DNA of 64,000 nt from Eledone cirrhosa. Its lineage: Eukaryota. Shown piece by piece: positions 13,936-28,919 of the stretch. The stretch's first letter is position 1; each line of letters opens with the position of its first letter. The stretch is from assembly GCA_964016885.1 (NCBI GenBank), contig OZ024741.1, positions 89,156,001 to 89,220,000 on the forward strand. Direction: 5' to 3'. A program made the position numbers and the translations under genes. The notes under the pieces were generated by a model. The model was not told the DNA's origin and did not search any database. It was given only the letters and a program-made list of their open reading frames with translations.

Positions 13936-14433
13936 GCACGCACACTCATAGAGAGAGAGAGAGAGAAAGAGTGATTTAGTGAATTCCTTATTCGTAGTGA
14001 CAATATTACATACACACAGACACAGACACAGATACATACACACATATATATATGTGTGTATGTATGAGTGTGTGTGTGTGTGGTAAGTACCATCCCAGTG
14101 ATGAGGGTACAGCTCTTTCATCTTTCAGTTATCACATTGTAGATGTTGGGCTTGCAATCATGAGGTTGTGAGTTCGATACTCAGATCGGGTCATGTGTTG
14201 TGTCCTTGAGCAAGACACTTTATTTCAGGTGTACTCAGCTGTAGCAATGAATTGGGACGTCATTAGTGCCAAACTCTATCGGCCATTGCCTTTCGCTTGG
14301 ACAACATCGGTGGCGTGGAGAGGGGAGACTGATATTTATGCTGGTCTTCCACAAACATGTTCCTCGAAGGGGAACTTTCTAGGTGCAAACCCCATGGTCA
14401 TTCATAACCAAAGTGGGCCTTCACCCTTTACCA

Positions 14434-14642
14434 CAGAGGCGGTGGGAGCATTTTTTAATGGGGGGGAAAATTTGGTCAATTTAGTTTTAGTGATTAGTTT
14501 AGCTCTTTGCACTCTAAAATGGTCAGAAAACTTAACATGTACATAAAGTGTACCGCATATCCAAATAGATGTGTGTTTAGGCAGTTTGGGAAGAAAAATA
14601 TAATTATTAGGGGTAGGGGACATCTCCCCCTCCCGCCCAGTT
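14434..14642 (+). mobile_element. hAT-like MITE fragment (second partial copy 17395-17515)
   Basis: Left end CAGAGGCGGTGG is complementary to right end CCACCGCCTCTG at 17504-17515. Shared internal ATAGATGTGTGTTT.GG.AGTTTGGG.AGAAAAATATAATTATT. Confidence 0.5.
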
Positions 14643-14761
14643 ATATATATACATAATTTCAAAAATAATTATGCTCTGTACCCTTTCCTAAGGAGTTAAT
14701 ATATCGATCTTCTTCGCATTTGGTAATAAACTGGTATTATACCCAATTTATTCATCTCCTA

Positions 14762-14794
<33 letters not shown>

Positions 14795-15345
14795 GTATGT
14801 ACACGTACATACATATATGTATACAGACGTACAGTAGTATGTATATATATATACATACATGCACACATATATATATGTACGTATGGATTCACCGAACATT
14901 TATTATAATGCTCGGTGTGTTTGTAAATAAATATCTCGTATTAAGCCGTAGTGTCTAGCAACCATCGTTGCTCGTTTGTTCAACACTGACAAAGGAACGC
15001 CGTACTAGTTTCAAGCTTATTAGCTATCGTCAGCAACGTATACCTTCCTGCCAGATTGTTGAACGTATATACTTACCTTATGCATATTAACGGCTGAGTA
15101 GCCCAATTTGCATATCGAGGTATACGTATATGGCAGGAAGGTATACGTTGCTGACGATAGCTAATAAGCTTGAAACTAGTACAGCGTTCCTTTGTCAGTG
15201 TTGAACAAACGAGCAACGATGGTTGCTAGACACTACGGCTTAATACGGGATGTTTGTTTACAAACACACCGAGCATTATAATAAATGTTCGGTGAATCCA
15301 TACGTACATATATATGTGTGCATGTATGTATATATATATATGTGC
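14795..15345. mobile_element. Penelope pLTR-derived foldback element
   Basis: ~210-bp inverted arms ~14843-15053 / 15131-15340 with a 77-bp spacer and a hammerhead in each arm. Relatives at 37830-37950 and 38325-38640. Confidence 0.85.
15145..15187 (+). ncRNA. Canonical minimal type I hammerhead ribozyme (antisense copy 14997-15039)
   Basis: ACGTTG-CTGACGA-T-AGCT AATA AGCT-T-GAAA-CTAG-TA-CAGCGT. Intact core, GUA cleavage triplet, palindromic stem III ACTAGT. Confidence 0.9.
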
Positions 15346-15348
15346 ATG

Positions 15349-15384
<36 letters not shown>

Positions 15385-15474
15385 ATATAAATACATTCAT
15401 TTATTATGGCTATTGGTGAGTTTTGTTGCTCTAAAGTTTCACCAGAGCACTCACAGGAACACCAGTCTTGTCTG

Positions 15475-16578
15475 ATGATCCACCAAACTCGTCTCCTCTT
15501 TATGTCTATCACACAAAACTTTCTTTTAATCCACCTTTCTGTATCTACTAAAACAAAACTTTCTCTCTCTATATCCATCACGACACGACCTCTTTTATCC
15601 CCCTCGCTATATTTAACATACAGAACAATCTCCCAATTACCCTCTTTATACCAATCATCTCCAAACTCTCCCCCTCACCATCTCTATCACACTCTTTTGT
15701 AATCGTTCTCTCTCTATCCATCACAAACTTTCTCCTGTATATCTTTTACGACAATATCTCATCCAGTCCCACTATATATTTAGCAATATTTATCTCTCCC
15801 AAGCCCCTCATTACATCTACCCTTCTCTATATCTACTACACGACACTCTCTGTCCCAATCCCCCTCTCTATATTAATTACCACCAAACTATACCCCTCTC
15901 CATATCAACCATACAACACTCTCTCTCATTTCCTCTCACTCTATCCATCACTACAAAATTCTCCCCATGTCAATACTTATCTCTATCAATACTTATCTCT
16001 ATCAATCCTCTCACTCTATTCATTAGCACCAAACTCTCCCCCTCTGTATATCTACTACACGGAACTTTCTCCTCTCCCCCTCTATATCGATTATCACCAA
16101 ACTCTCCTCCTCTCTATATTTACCATGCAAAACTCTCTCATTTCCTCTCACGCTAACCATCACTACTAAACTCTCCCCCTCTCTATATCTATCAATATTT
16201 ATCTCTATTAATCCTTTCACTCTATTCATTACCACCAAATTCTCCTACTCTCTACATCAACCATACAACATCCTCTCCCAACCCCCTCTCTATATCAATT
16301 AACATCAAACTCTCACCCCCTCTATATCTACTACACCGAACTCTCTCCCAACCCTTCTTTCTATATCAATTACCACCAAACTACCTCCCTCTCTATATCT
16401 ACCATGCAACACTCACTCGCATTCCCTTTCACTCTATTCATTACCACCAAACTCTACATCAGCAATGCAACATTCTCTCCCAATCCCCCTCTCTATATCA
16501 ATTAAGGCCAAACTCTCCCTCTCTATATCTATTACACGGAACTCTCTTTCAATTCCCCTCTCTATATCAATTACCACT
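15475..16578. repeat. CT-rich minisatellite (~70 bp dimeric unit), resumes at 17316-17395
   Basis: Repeating CTCTCTATATCAATTACCACCAAACTCTCCCCCTCTATATCTACTACAC..AACTCTCT...AATCCC. Confidence 0.8.
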
Positions 16579-16584
16579 TGATAT

Positions 16585-17295
16585 AGACGTGATTTACTTC
16601 GTTCCGGATTTTTACGGATTATTGTCAAAAAAACTGTGAGTTTATTGCTCAGTTTAATAACATTGTGTAGTTTAACCCCTTGCCTGGGCCGTCAGACGTT
16701 GAGTCAACTAATTTTCGCCCCTTTCTGGGGCGAAATTTTCAATTTTCATCTCAAAACTGTAGACTTGGTGGCAATGGATGCCATTTCCACCTCGCACACT
16801 GTCGTGAGTGCCACGCCCACTAAGAAAAGTGGTGGAGGGAAGGTAGGAGTACAAAGCTTGCAGCCTTCCCCCCTCGCATCATCGAAAAACGTTAAAAAAA
16901 ATATTGAAACCACGAAACCAAACCCGGTAAATAATACCAGCACCAACAACAAGAACAATGACAATAACACCACAACCAACAACTGCAACAATAGCAACGC
17001 CAAGGAAAACATGAACAATATTACCAACAGTGACAGCAACAAAAAAGACAACAACACCAAAACAACATTCGCACAGACTATTAAAAAAAACGAACTATAC
17101 ACGCCAATAGACATAACAAATGCTAAACAACTATTACAATACGCAAAACAATTCGTGACTTTTGGCGAAAACGGTGCTTTTAGCATCAATTCTCCACAGG
17201 AATTACGTAGAGAGGCTGTCCTGAAAACTGGTTTTCAGGACAATATCGAACGAAACAAGAAAACCAGCTCAATTATCACAAAATGAAATTGAACC
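16585..17295 (+). mobile_element. 5' fragment (5' UTR + ORF1 start) of a third Tx1 subfamily
   Basis: Starts GACGTG like the other copies and has the TTTCGCCCC..GGGGCGAAA hairpin. ORF has an Asn-rich tract and TFAQTI..DITNAKQLLQYAKQFVTFGENGAFSINS, homologous to ORF1 at 40381. Confidence 0.85.
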
Positions 17296-17514
17296 ATCAA
17301 TTTATATAGAAATATATATCAATTACCACTAACGTCTCCCCCTCTCCATATCTACTACACGGAACTTTCTTCTAATCCCCCTCTCTATATCTATATGTAC
17401 ATAAATTCTAGCGCATCTACATATAGATGTGTGTTTTGGTAGTTTGGGGAGAAAAATATAATTATTGGTGGGAGACCATGGTCCCCCCTTTGGTCCACCA
17501 GTTCCACCGCCTCT

Positions 17515-17577
<63 letters not shown>

Positions 17578-17743
17578 CGTTTTTTTTGGCTATGCGAATG
17601 ATTGTTTAACCATCGTCTCAGTGTGTTTGGCCTTTAACGTTTGTTATAGCTCTGGTTCTTCTGAATCATTGAGCACTTGCTGCACATCTCGGAGGTTGTT
17701 TTTCGTTATTTCGTGGGCCGAAATGCGAATCTCGATAATTTAT

Positions 17744-17825
<82 letters not shown>

Positions 17826-18127
17826 TATTAGCTCAGATTAAAAGTTGAAGCAAACAGTCTCTGCTTTATATATACATATATACAAAAATCACGAACAAGT
17901 GTGCGCACTCACACACTTACACAAACAATAGACATACACGTCTTTTCAAACAAACATACTGAAATAGAGAGACAATAAAATTCACATATGCATAGACATA
18001 CAGACGCACAAACACACACACACACACACAGTGGCATACGGGCGCGCATACAAGATTAAGCCCTACACGCACAAAAACAAACACGCACGCACACGCACAC
18101 ACCCGCACACGCACACATACACACATG

Positions 18128-18224
<97 letters not shown>

Positions 18225-19139
18225 TCGTACACAAACATACACACAAAAGGCACACATACGTACACAAACATACACACACACACACACACACGTGCACAAA
18301 TATACACACAAAAGGCACACACACTTATCTATATCCACATATGTATTCACACAAGCACGCAACATACATACGCACGCACGTACACACATATATACATATT
18401 CATACAGCTGCATGCTAAAAGCTGTTTGGTCGTTATGTAATATAACCCCAGAGAAAGATAAGATAAAGAACGATTGGCTGTTTGTACGACACGTGTCTCC
18501 TGCCCTTAGACCTTTTCTTCTGGGTTGAGTCTGATATGAAGAGAAACCATTCCAATGTCTTTTAAATGAATTACTAGTCTCTTAGAAGTTAATAAGCCAC
18601 TCTGTCTCCCCTCTCTCTTTCCCCTTGTCTCTCTGTCTTTCTGTCTCTCTTCGTTTGTCTCTTTCCGTCTGTCCCTTTGTCTGTCTGCCTCTCTCCCCCT
18701 CTCTCTTTCTCTCTCTTCCACACACATATATACACACAAACACGTTTATACATAAACATATTCATACATATATGCTTACAGGCATACATTCACGTTTCAA
18801 TATATAAATATATAAATATATAAAGATTAAAGGAACCAGCTGGCTATGTTAGTAAACAGCACTAACAAGAACAACGGAAGCAGATCACTGGCAAGACCTT
18901 TTCAATTCAATAACACAGTTAACTCAGGCAGTTAACGCTCTGCACAACTCACACATCACATACTCTACACAATTGCAATCCAATAAAATAATATAACACA
19001 TAGTCATACACAACTGACAACCAACACCCGACAGAACATCACAAACAAATATTCCATGTAACTGCAACTCAATAATGGAATACTTCCGTCGGTTTGGAAT
19101 TTAAGTTTCAAGTTTAAACGAACTTTAGGCTTCAGATAT

Positions 19140-19419
19140 CTAAAGTCTGTCTTAAGCTAGAAGGCTCATTTGGCTGGTGCTTATCCCGGTTTCATGGCGT
19201 GAAGCGACTGAGAGTACAAGACTACCCCCTGGACAGGACGCCAGTCCATCGCAGGGTTAAACCTCCAGCTATTGCTGGTACTCATTTTCAGCTGAGTAAA
19301 CTGGAGCAACGTGAAATAAAGTGTCTTGCTCAAGGAAACAACACGTCACCCGGTCCGAGAATTGAACTCACAACCTTTCGATTGCAAGCCTATCTAACCA
19401 TTAAGCCATGCGCCTTCAC
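19140..19419 (-). mobile_element. tRNA-derived SINE with 14-bp TSD
   Basis: CORE-like CCTTGAGCAAGACACTT plus CCTGCGATGGACTGGCGTCCTGTCCAGGGG segment. TSD TAGGCTTCAGATAT at 19126-19139 and 19420-19433. Confidence 0.85.
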
Positions 19420-19757
19420 TAGGCTTCAGATATACATATGAATAATACACCCAACCTCCAAGGCGGCGTCAGGACGTCGATATAAGATTGCTTCGGTATT
19501 TGATCCGGCTCCCTAACAGAGTCGTTAGAACGTCAGATAGAATGTTTTGCAGTGTTCGTTTCGGTTTTCTGCTCAATGAGTTCAAAACCCACCGAGACCA
19601 ATTTTGCATTTCATTCTTTCGAATTGATAAATAAAGTACTACTCGAGTACTGGAGTCGATTCTTCCTCTTTATCTCTTTCTATCCCTCTCCTTCTCTGGA
19701 AGAAATCGACTGTGTTCAGAGCAGGAAAGAGGGGTTGGGCTCCCCCAGGTTTTAAAT

Positions 19758-20226
19758 TCGTCCTTGTATGGAATACTGTTGTCTTATTTGGGCAGGTGCA
19801 CCATCTTGTCACTTGGATCTCCTTGACCGAGTTCAGAAGCGAGTCACTAATTTGATTGCAACCTTTGTCACAACTCTGCAACCTTTGTCACATCAACGTG
19901 GCATCTCCAGTCTTAGTCTTTTCTATTGTTATTACCACAGGAAGTGCGCTGCTAAACTTTCTCTTTAGGTCCCAGATCACTTTATGCCATTTCGTCTAAT
20001 TCTAAACTCACTGAGTCTTCATCCAGATGTTTGTTGTGGTTCCACAAATAAAGAAGTCTTTCTATAGTCGTACGTGCCAGACTTTGTAACTCTTTTCCAT
20101 CTTATTGTTTTCCTTCTCGTTCAAGTTTAAATAAATTCATTCTTTTCGCCTTAATTTCTCCTTCATAATCCCTTATATTAAGTAGCTTCACGCCTTATTT
20201 GGGACTTTCATGAAAAAAAAACAAAA
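19758..20226 (+). mobile_element. 5'-truncated CR1/L2/Jockey-like LINE 3' fragment
   Basis: RPCMEYCCLIWAGA..LDLLDRVQKR..LQPLSHQR..SLSLFY.YY; A-rich tail. Interrupts a repeat whose empty allele is at ~30700-30855. Confidence 0.75.
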
Positions 20227-20470
20227 ATGCCCAAGACGGCGCCCCTACAACTCACCAAGAGCTAAAGGACCTTTATTTACACAAAGGCCTGTAAAGTCCT
20301 AGATTACTACAATAAACTAACTAGTATTTATGAATAATTTTATTATTTTGCTACAACTCCATAAAGGTATTTCAACTCCAAAATCTATACCTTTCATAGA
20401 ATGCTTTATGTATAAATGCCTGCAAACTCTGTAGGTTGCTCATTTTACTCACACACACATTATATATATA

Positions 20471-20544
<74 letters not shown>

Positions 20545-21624
20545 ATAATAATAAAATTGAAGACTAAAATCCAAAGAGGGCTCGATAAGGAAAATATATA
20601 TCAAATATATAAGAACCGTAGAGCAAATATTTATTAAAATAACAGATTAAAGTTTAAGCAAAGAATCGCTGCTTTCACCCTTAACGGGATCTTCTGAAAC
20701 TAACAAAGTCAATCTGTAAACGCAGAACTGGATATTTCAAAAAACGTTGCAACCGGAGGAAGACAGGAAGACGATACTTTGGTTCATGGTAGCGTTCGCT
20801 GGCAAAGAACGGGGAAAAAACGAATAATACGTCATTAATAGGAGCGGTGAAAAACAATTACGCGCAAAGACAAAACCACGTTTATGGTATAAAAGAGGTC
20901 GTAGACTAATGTTCTCTTAGGTGGTGCATAGAGACGTTCTCTGGCAATGAACGAAAAAACGAAGATAATAAGTCATATGTGGAGCGTGGAGAACAATAGC
21001 ACGCAAAGACAAAACCACGTAAATGGTATAGCAGAAATCGTAGACTAAAATTCTAACTAGGAGACCAAATGAATCTCCGCTACAGAGTTAAGAACAAAGT
21101 AAATAAATACAATACAGAAGTAATAGAAACAAATAAATACATACACGCAAACAGATACGTACATACACAAGCATACGCAAAACCTTACCATGGGTATACA
21201 AAACCACGCACATATAAATATGTGTGTATGCTTGTGTACAAATAAATAAATAATTATATAAACGTATATAAGTAAATAAATACGTATATAACAAGCGCAC
21301 ACGCATACCTACATATAAATACACGAATGTTCGGAGACGTAAGTCAACTAAAACAAAAAGTACACATATACACACACCCACCATACGTACGAACCTGCAC
21401 ACTCACGCGGACGCAAAACTCCCGTATACACATAGCCAAACCCTAAATACCAGAACATGTAAAAATTATACGCTATAACAGTAAAATATACGTACGAGAA
21501 GGTATACATACCTTCACAAAACATACGGGTAATATATACTTACCTATGCAAATAAGTAAAGGAATAAACAAAACATATACTTAGCTCCCACATCAAGACG
21601 TAAGTTATCCACGTATAGATCGTG

Positions 21625-23519
21625 CTATCCGTTAGGGTATAACGTGGGGCTGTAATACAGGAAAGTTTTGTGCAATTTATGTTTACAAGCCGAAATTGCC
21701 TCAGATTTTTTGTTTAAGATGTGGTCTGTAGCGTAGAGTATTTCCAGGGCCTCAGCCCTGAGGTCACATGGTCTTTTATTTCCGTTATACGATCTAGCCC
21801 TAGCTAGGATCTCCCAGTGTAACTTATATTGGGTGTGGTTGTCTTTTAGACTCCAGATATAAGCTGAAAGTGACGTCATATTCCTTCTTAGAGGGTAACG
21901 AAAAGAATGGGTATGCATGTAAAGACGCTGCTTGAAACTATTGGCGGTTAACCCTATGTAGGCCCTACGGGACGTGGGTGTTACAACCTTACATTTGTAG
22001 ACAATGTTACTAGAGCGGCATTTCCCGGATAGGGGCAATCAGCCCGATTCCTACAATTACAGTTAGTACTAACTACAGGGTTGCACGTGTTCCTACGGCT
22101 AGGTAGTTTAGCTAAATTTGAAGCTGTGATGTTATGTGCATGGTTAGGAGTCGTAGAGTAAGAAATTTTAATAGTATTTCTATTAAAAATTTTACTATAT
22201 TTATGTGTAGGGGGAAAATGCTTCGTAATAAGGGAAAGAAAGATCTTAGCTAATGGTGTGGCCACCTCCATATTATATGGTGGGTTAAACCAACAAATGC
22301 GACGGGATCTATTACTTCTAGGTCTATTTTCGTACTCTGTATATGCTACCTTATCGACAAATCCACTTCGAGCAAGAGCTTCATTGTAATAAGTGGAATG
22401 GTCATTGAAAATGCGCTCGTTGGTGGAAAGACGGGAAAGCCTCAACGAAACGTTTCTTACCAGGTTCTTGGTTATGCTGGCAGGATGGTTGGAATGCTTA
22501 CTTATGTAATTAAGCGTATCATTCGGCTTTCTATACGGGTAATACAACCCATTCAATAAATTGAGGGTAACGTCGAGGTAATTAACGACCGAGAGATTGG
22601 CCTCAACCTGTATAGAGAGGTTGAAGCCTTTAAAGAAGGCTGTGAGTTCTTTTCTGAACCTGTCGCAAGCACGAGGTCCGCACTTAGTCATGGTCAAAAG
22701 ACCATCGTCACGGTACAAACCACCGCCCGCGTTGGGGAATTCGTCCTTGATAGAGAAAAGAAGGAAAAGGCCAATAAGATCAGTAACCTCCGCAGAGTCA
22801 CTGGCGCCCATACTCACGTCGAATGGGGTACTATTGGATTTTTTAATCCAAATAGAGTCGTCGAAATTAATCACCGACTTTCGGGCATTAAGGATGACAT
22901 CAACTTCAAAATCCTTAACCACTGTGAGTGTTTTAGCGAAATTGATAGCTCTAAGGAGAAGTGGTAAAGTGATGGAGGAGTAGTAATTGTTGATGTCGAA
23001 TTGGATAAAACGGCAATGTTCCTTGTTACATATGCCGTTGAACCAATCAATCACCGCGAAAGAATTGTTCCACAGTGCGAGAGGGGCCAAACTTCTAATT
23101 TCAGGTATAATTCTATCAAGAATCGTTTTACTAAGTCTACCTAAATCGGACTTCGTAGGGTTAATAAGCCGAATAGAGGGGTTGTTCGGAAAATTGGATT
23201 TGTGATCCTTCAGGGTAAAGTGGGGAGAGATAGGGTCCAGAGGTTCGGTCCGGTCCAGGATGTTGAGATCAGATGTGATTTTAAACCCAGCATCGTTGAT
23301 TTCATTGATGACGCACCGATTAGTTTCACGGTAATCCTTAGTTACAGCAATATGTAGTAGTTGATGGTAAGTACTGCGCTCCACTTGATATAGGTTGCCA
23401 GTTTTGTCGGAATGGACGTGCACGGCGTTAGAATCCTTAATAGAACGAATTCTATTCTTCAGGTCTTGCTGGAAGGAATTGCTCCTATTCCGAAATTTGA
23501 TATTCCGAATGAGTTCCAA
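21625..23519 (-). pseudogene. Penelope RT + GIY-YIG endonuclease, one frameshift near 22030
   Basis: SDKTGN, QFDINNYYSSI, MGASDSAEVTDL, LYRDDGL, YRKP, WFNPPY; linker CNCRNRADCPLSGKC (CxCx5Cx5C); IVY..YIG..FKQR..H. Confidence 0.92.
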
Positions 23520-24136
23520 GACATCATTTTCGAAGGGTAGGTATGCGTGTGCGCTTGTTATATACGTATTTATTTACTTATATACGTTTATATAATTATT
23601 TATTTATTTGTACACAAGCATACACACACACACATATTTATATGTGCGTGGTTTTGTATACCCATGGTAAGGTTTTGCGTATGCTTGTGTATGTACGTAT
23701 CTGTTTGCGTGTATGTATTTATTTGTTTCTATTACTTCTGTATTGTATTTATTTACTTTGTTCTTAACTCTGTAGCGGAGATTCATTTGGTCTCCTAGTT
23801 AGAATTTTAGTCTACGATTTCTGCTATACCATTTACGTGGTTTTGTCTTTGCGTGCTATTGTTCTCCACGCTCCACATATGACTTATTATCTTCGTTTTT
23901 TCGTTCATTGCCAGAGAACGTCTCTATGCACCACCTAAGAGAACATTAGTCTACGACCTCTTTTATACCATAAACGTGGTTTTGTCTTTGCGCGTAATTG
24001 TTTTTCACCGCTCCTATTAATGACGTATTATTCGTTTTTTCCCCGTTCTTTGCCAGCGAACGCTACCATGAACCAAAGTATCGTCTTCCTGTCTTCCTCC
24101 GGTTGCAACGTTTTTGAAATATCCAGTTCTGCGTTT

Positions 24137-24212
24137 ACAGATTGACTTTGTTAGTTTCAGAAGATCCCGTTAAGGGTGAAAGCAGCGATTCTTTGCTTAA
24201 ACTTTAATCTGT
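24137..24212 (+). ncRNA. Variant hammerhead (CAGAAGA core) in pLTR; antisense copy 20642-20717
   Basis: ACAGATTGA..AGTTT-CAGAAGA-T-CCC GTTAA GGG-T-GAAA-GCAG..TTGC-TT-AAACT-TTAATCTGT. Extended bulged stem I. Confidence 0.65.
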
Positions 24213-24219
24213 TATTTTA

Positions 24220-24309
<90 letters not shown>

Positions 24310-24410
24310 TAGCGTCCGAAACGTCAAGTCCGTCTTCCTGCTATATCAAGCGTTAACCAAATATATCCCTGCTATATAACAATTACCGATTGTGTTGGTT
24401 TTTCTGTTTA
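24310..24410 (+). mobile_element. Probable Penelope pLTR remnant (hammerhead 3' half)
   Basis: CCGAAACGTCAAGTC motif between microsatellites. Confidence 0.3.
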
Positions 24411-24412
24411 CC

Positions 24413-24474
<62 letters not shown>

Positions 24475-24582
24475 GAATAAACGTGCTGTGTAGTTGCTGG
24501 ATAAGGTGTACTTATAAAAAGTGGAAAGCAAGAACGGAAGAAATGTTCTTTCATTAGTTGTCTGCTGGGGGGTCTATATATA

Positions 24583-24677
<95 letters not shown>

Positions 24678-24856
24678 ATGTATGTATATGTATATATGCA
24701 TACATAGGCAGATAAAATGCATTGCGGAATTTTTTCTGGCTTTCTTCTCCCTGATTTCATATCTCACCGAGGTTAACTTTACTTTTCATCATTATAGGGT
24801 CGATAAAAAAGTACCAGTCCAGTACAGGGGTAATGTCTTCTTTTACGCCATTCTCT

Positions 24857-24945
<89 letters not shown>

Positions 24946-24962
24946 TTCTATATCTATCTATC

Positions 24963-25399
24963 TCAAATACCACTTTGGAAGAAGAATCAGGATGGAGAGA
25001 GAGGTGCTGTACCCCAGCAAGTTTTATGAAAGGTGGGTGAAAGTGGCGAGAATGGCCCGAGTGAATGGGCCTTCTCTCTATATCAGCCTGTAGGTTGAGG
25101 AAAAGGAGGAGGAGAGGAAAGGAGTACAAGCTCTTCGTACTCCTGGAGATGAGGGTTGCACATTTTTTTCGGGGGTCTGTGTTACCCATATAAACTGTCT
25201 CCCTCTATTGGGGAAAATCGACTAACTTTTAAATTCCATCTGTGATAACATTTTACACGTTTTTATTGTATGTAAACTTCCCCCTTTGTATTTGTCCCCT
25301 TCTTTTGTGCCCCTGTGGCTAATAAAGAAATATATCTATCTATCTCTTTCCCCTTTGTATTTGTCCCCTTCTTTTGTGCCCCTGTGGCTAATAAAGAAA
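24963..25399 (+). mobile_element. 5'-truncated Tx1 3' fragment with tandemly duplicated 3' end
   Basis: Near-identical to 56715-57079. Last ~50 bp (CCCTTTGTATTTGTCC...AATAAAGAAA) repeated after a TATC tract. Confidence 0.9.
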
Positions 25400-25452
25400 T
25401 ATATCTATCTATCTCTCTCCCTCTCTCTCTCTCATACACACACACACACACA

Positions 25453-25558
<106 letters not shown>

Positions 25559-26005
25559 TCCTCTCTCTAGAAGACATTGGCAGTGTTCAGACCTGGAGGG
25601 GAGGTGAGCTCTCCAATTTAAAAATGCTCAAAAAACGTTGTATGTCACTACGGCGCCTCTTCGACTCCATCAGGAGTTACGGGTCCATGCATACACACAT
25701 ACACACATACACACATACATACATACATACATAAATATATACATACATACATACATACATACATACATACATACATACATACATAAATATATACATGTAT
25801 ATAAATATACTAAACACAAATGTAAGACTTACTCTTTGAAAAACCCTTTTCTTTGTTTTTTTCTTTTTGTATTTCAGTAAAACACGCGAACACAGACACA
25901 GACACACGCACGCACGCATGCACACACACACACGGACATATATATATATGTATGTATATATATATATATATGTATGTATATATATAAACATATATATATA
26001 TATAT

Positions 26006-26067
<62 letters not shown>

Positions 26068-26087
26068 ATATATATATATATATATAT

Positions 26088-27075
<988 letters not shown>

Positions 27076-27076
27076 A

Positions 27077-27108
<32 letters not shown>

Positions 27109-27151
27109 ATATATATATATATATACATACATATATATAATATATATATAT

Positions 27152-27306
<155 letters not shown>

Positions 27307-27386
27307 TATGTATGTATATATATATAGAGATATATATGTATGTATATATATATATATGTATGTATATATATATATATATATGTATG

Positions 27387-27581
<195 letters not shown>

Positions 27582-27655
27582 ATATATAAAGAGAGAAAGA
27601 TAAATATAGATAAATATGGATATATGTATATTTATATATATGTCTGTGCGTGTTC

Positions 27656-27737
<82 letters not shown>

Positions 27738-27899
27738 ACATGAACACACACATTAACCATTTAGTTAAAACTACAGTGCTTCTAAATGAAATCAATCTAA
27801 TTTTGACACTTGTAGAAAATATGCGAGGCAATGAATATTTAAAAAAAACTGAGGAGCAAAATAGAGACTTTCTTTATGAATTCCTATTATTCATTAATT

Positions 27900-27981
<82 letters not shown>

Positions 27982-28002
27982 TGTATGTGTGTGTGTGTGT
28001 GC

Positions 28003-28051
<49 letters not shown>

Positions 28052-28691
28052 TCTCTTCTTTCTCTTTAATACGTTTCTTTTGTGTGAAATCATGTTAGTG
28101 TTGGTCAGATGATTTGTTTCTTAGAGGTGTTACAAAGTTCATTGGTATATTATTAGTTTATTATATTGGTGGATTTTGATATAAAATAGAACTTCCTTGT
28201 GACTCTATGAAGTAAATCTTATGGAAGATGAGTTTAGCTCCTTTTGAAAACAAAAGGCATTGATTTCTAAAATAGATTTCTTTGATTAGGGCATGAGAAT
28301 GAAAAAAAAAAGGAAAAAGAAAAGGAAAAGGGAGATAATAAAAAGGTAAGCAATTGAAGGATCTCAGCGTGGAGATGCACATGAATGAATAACTATTTTG
28401 CATAGTTGTTAACAAAAGCATTAATTTATGAATGTGATATAAATATGTGTGTGTGTGTGTGTGTGTTTGTTTGTGTATATACATGTAAATATGATATATA
28501 TATATATATATGTACGTATGTATGTATATAAGCAGACAGACACACACACACAGAGATATACATGTATGTGCGTTCAGTCTCTCCTCTTTCATTGTTTCTC
28601 TCCCTCTCTCCGTATTTGCACAAATAGAAACAGATACCTACATTTAGTTATTTGTTTTTACACGCATACACCTATTCACACTCACACGCAA

Positions 28692-28775
<84 letters not shown>

Positions 28776-28919
28776 GGATTTATTTGGTCTGTATGATTAA
28801 TAATCGTAATAACACATTGTGCTTCCAATTATCTTGTCAAGACAAAACTAAGTAGATATCTCCATTTATAAATCTGTGCCTCTCTATGTATATATTTACA
28901 TGTGCATGTGTGTGTAGGT

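Larger units (their letters stand above)
20549..24227 (-). mobile_element. Penelope-like element (Hydra-clade-like), 5'-truncated, with inverted 3' end, in (TA)n
   Basis: RT/GIY-YIG ORF 23519-21625, 3' UTR to 20549. Inverted repeats ~20627-21312 / 23537-24227. (TA)n on both flanks. Confidence 0.92.

Noticed and set aside
14434-17515. 3-kb composite hAT element bounded by CAGAGGCGGTGG TIRs
   Set aside because: No 8-bp TSD, and the internal MITE sequence occurs twice in direct orientation. Two partial copies fit better.
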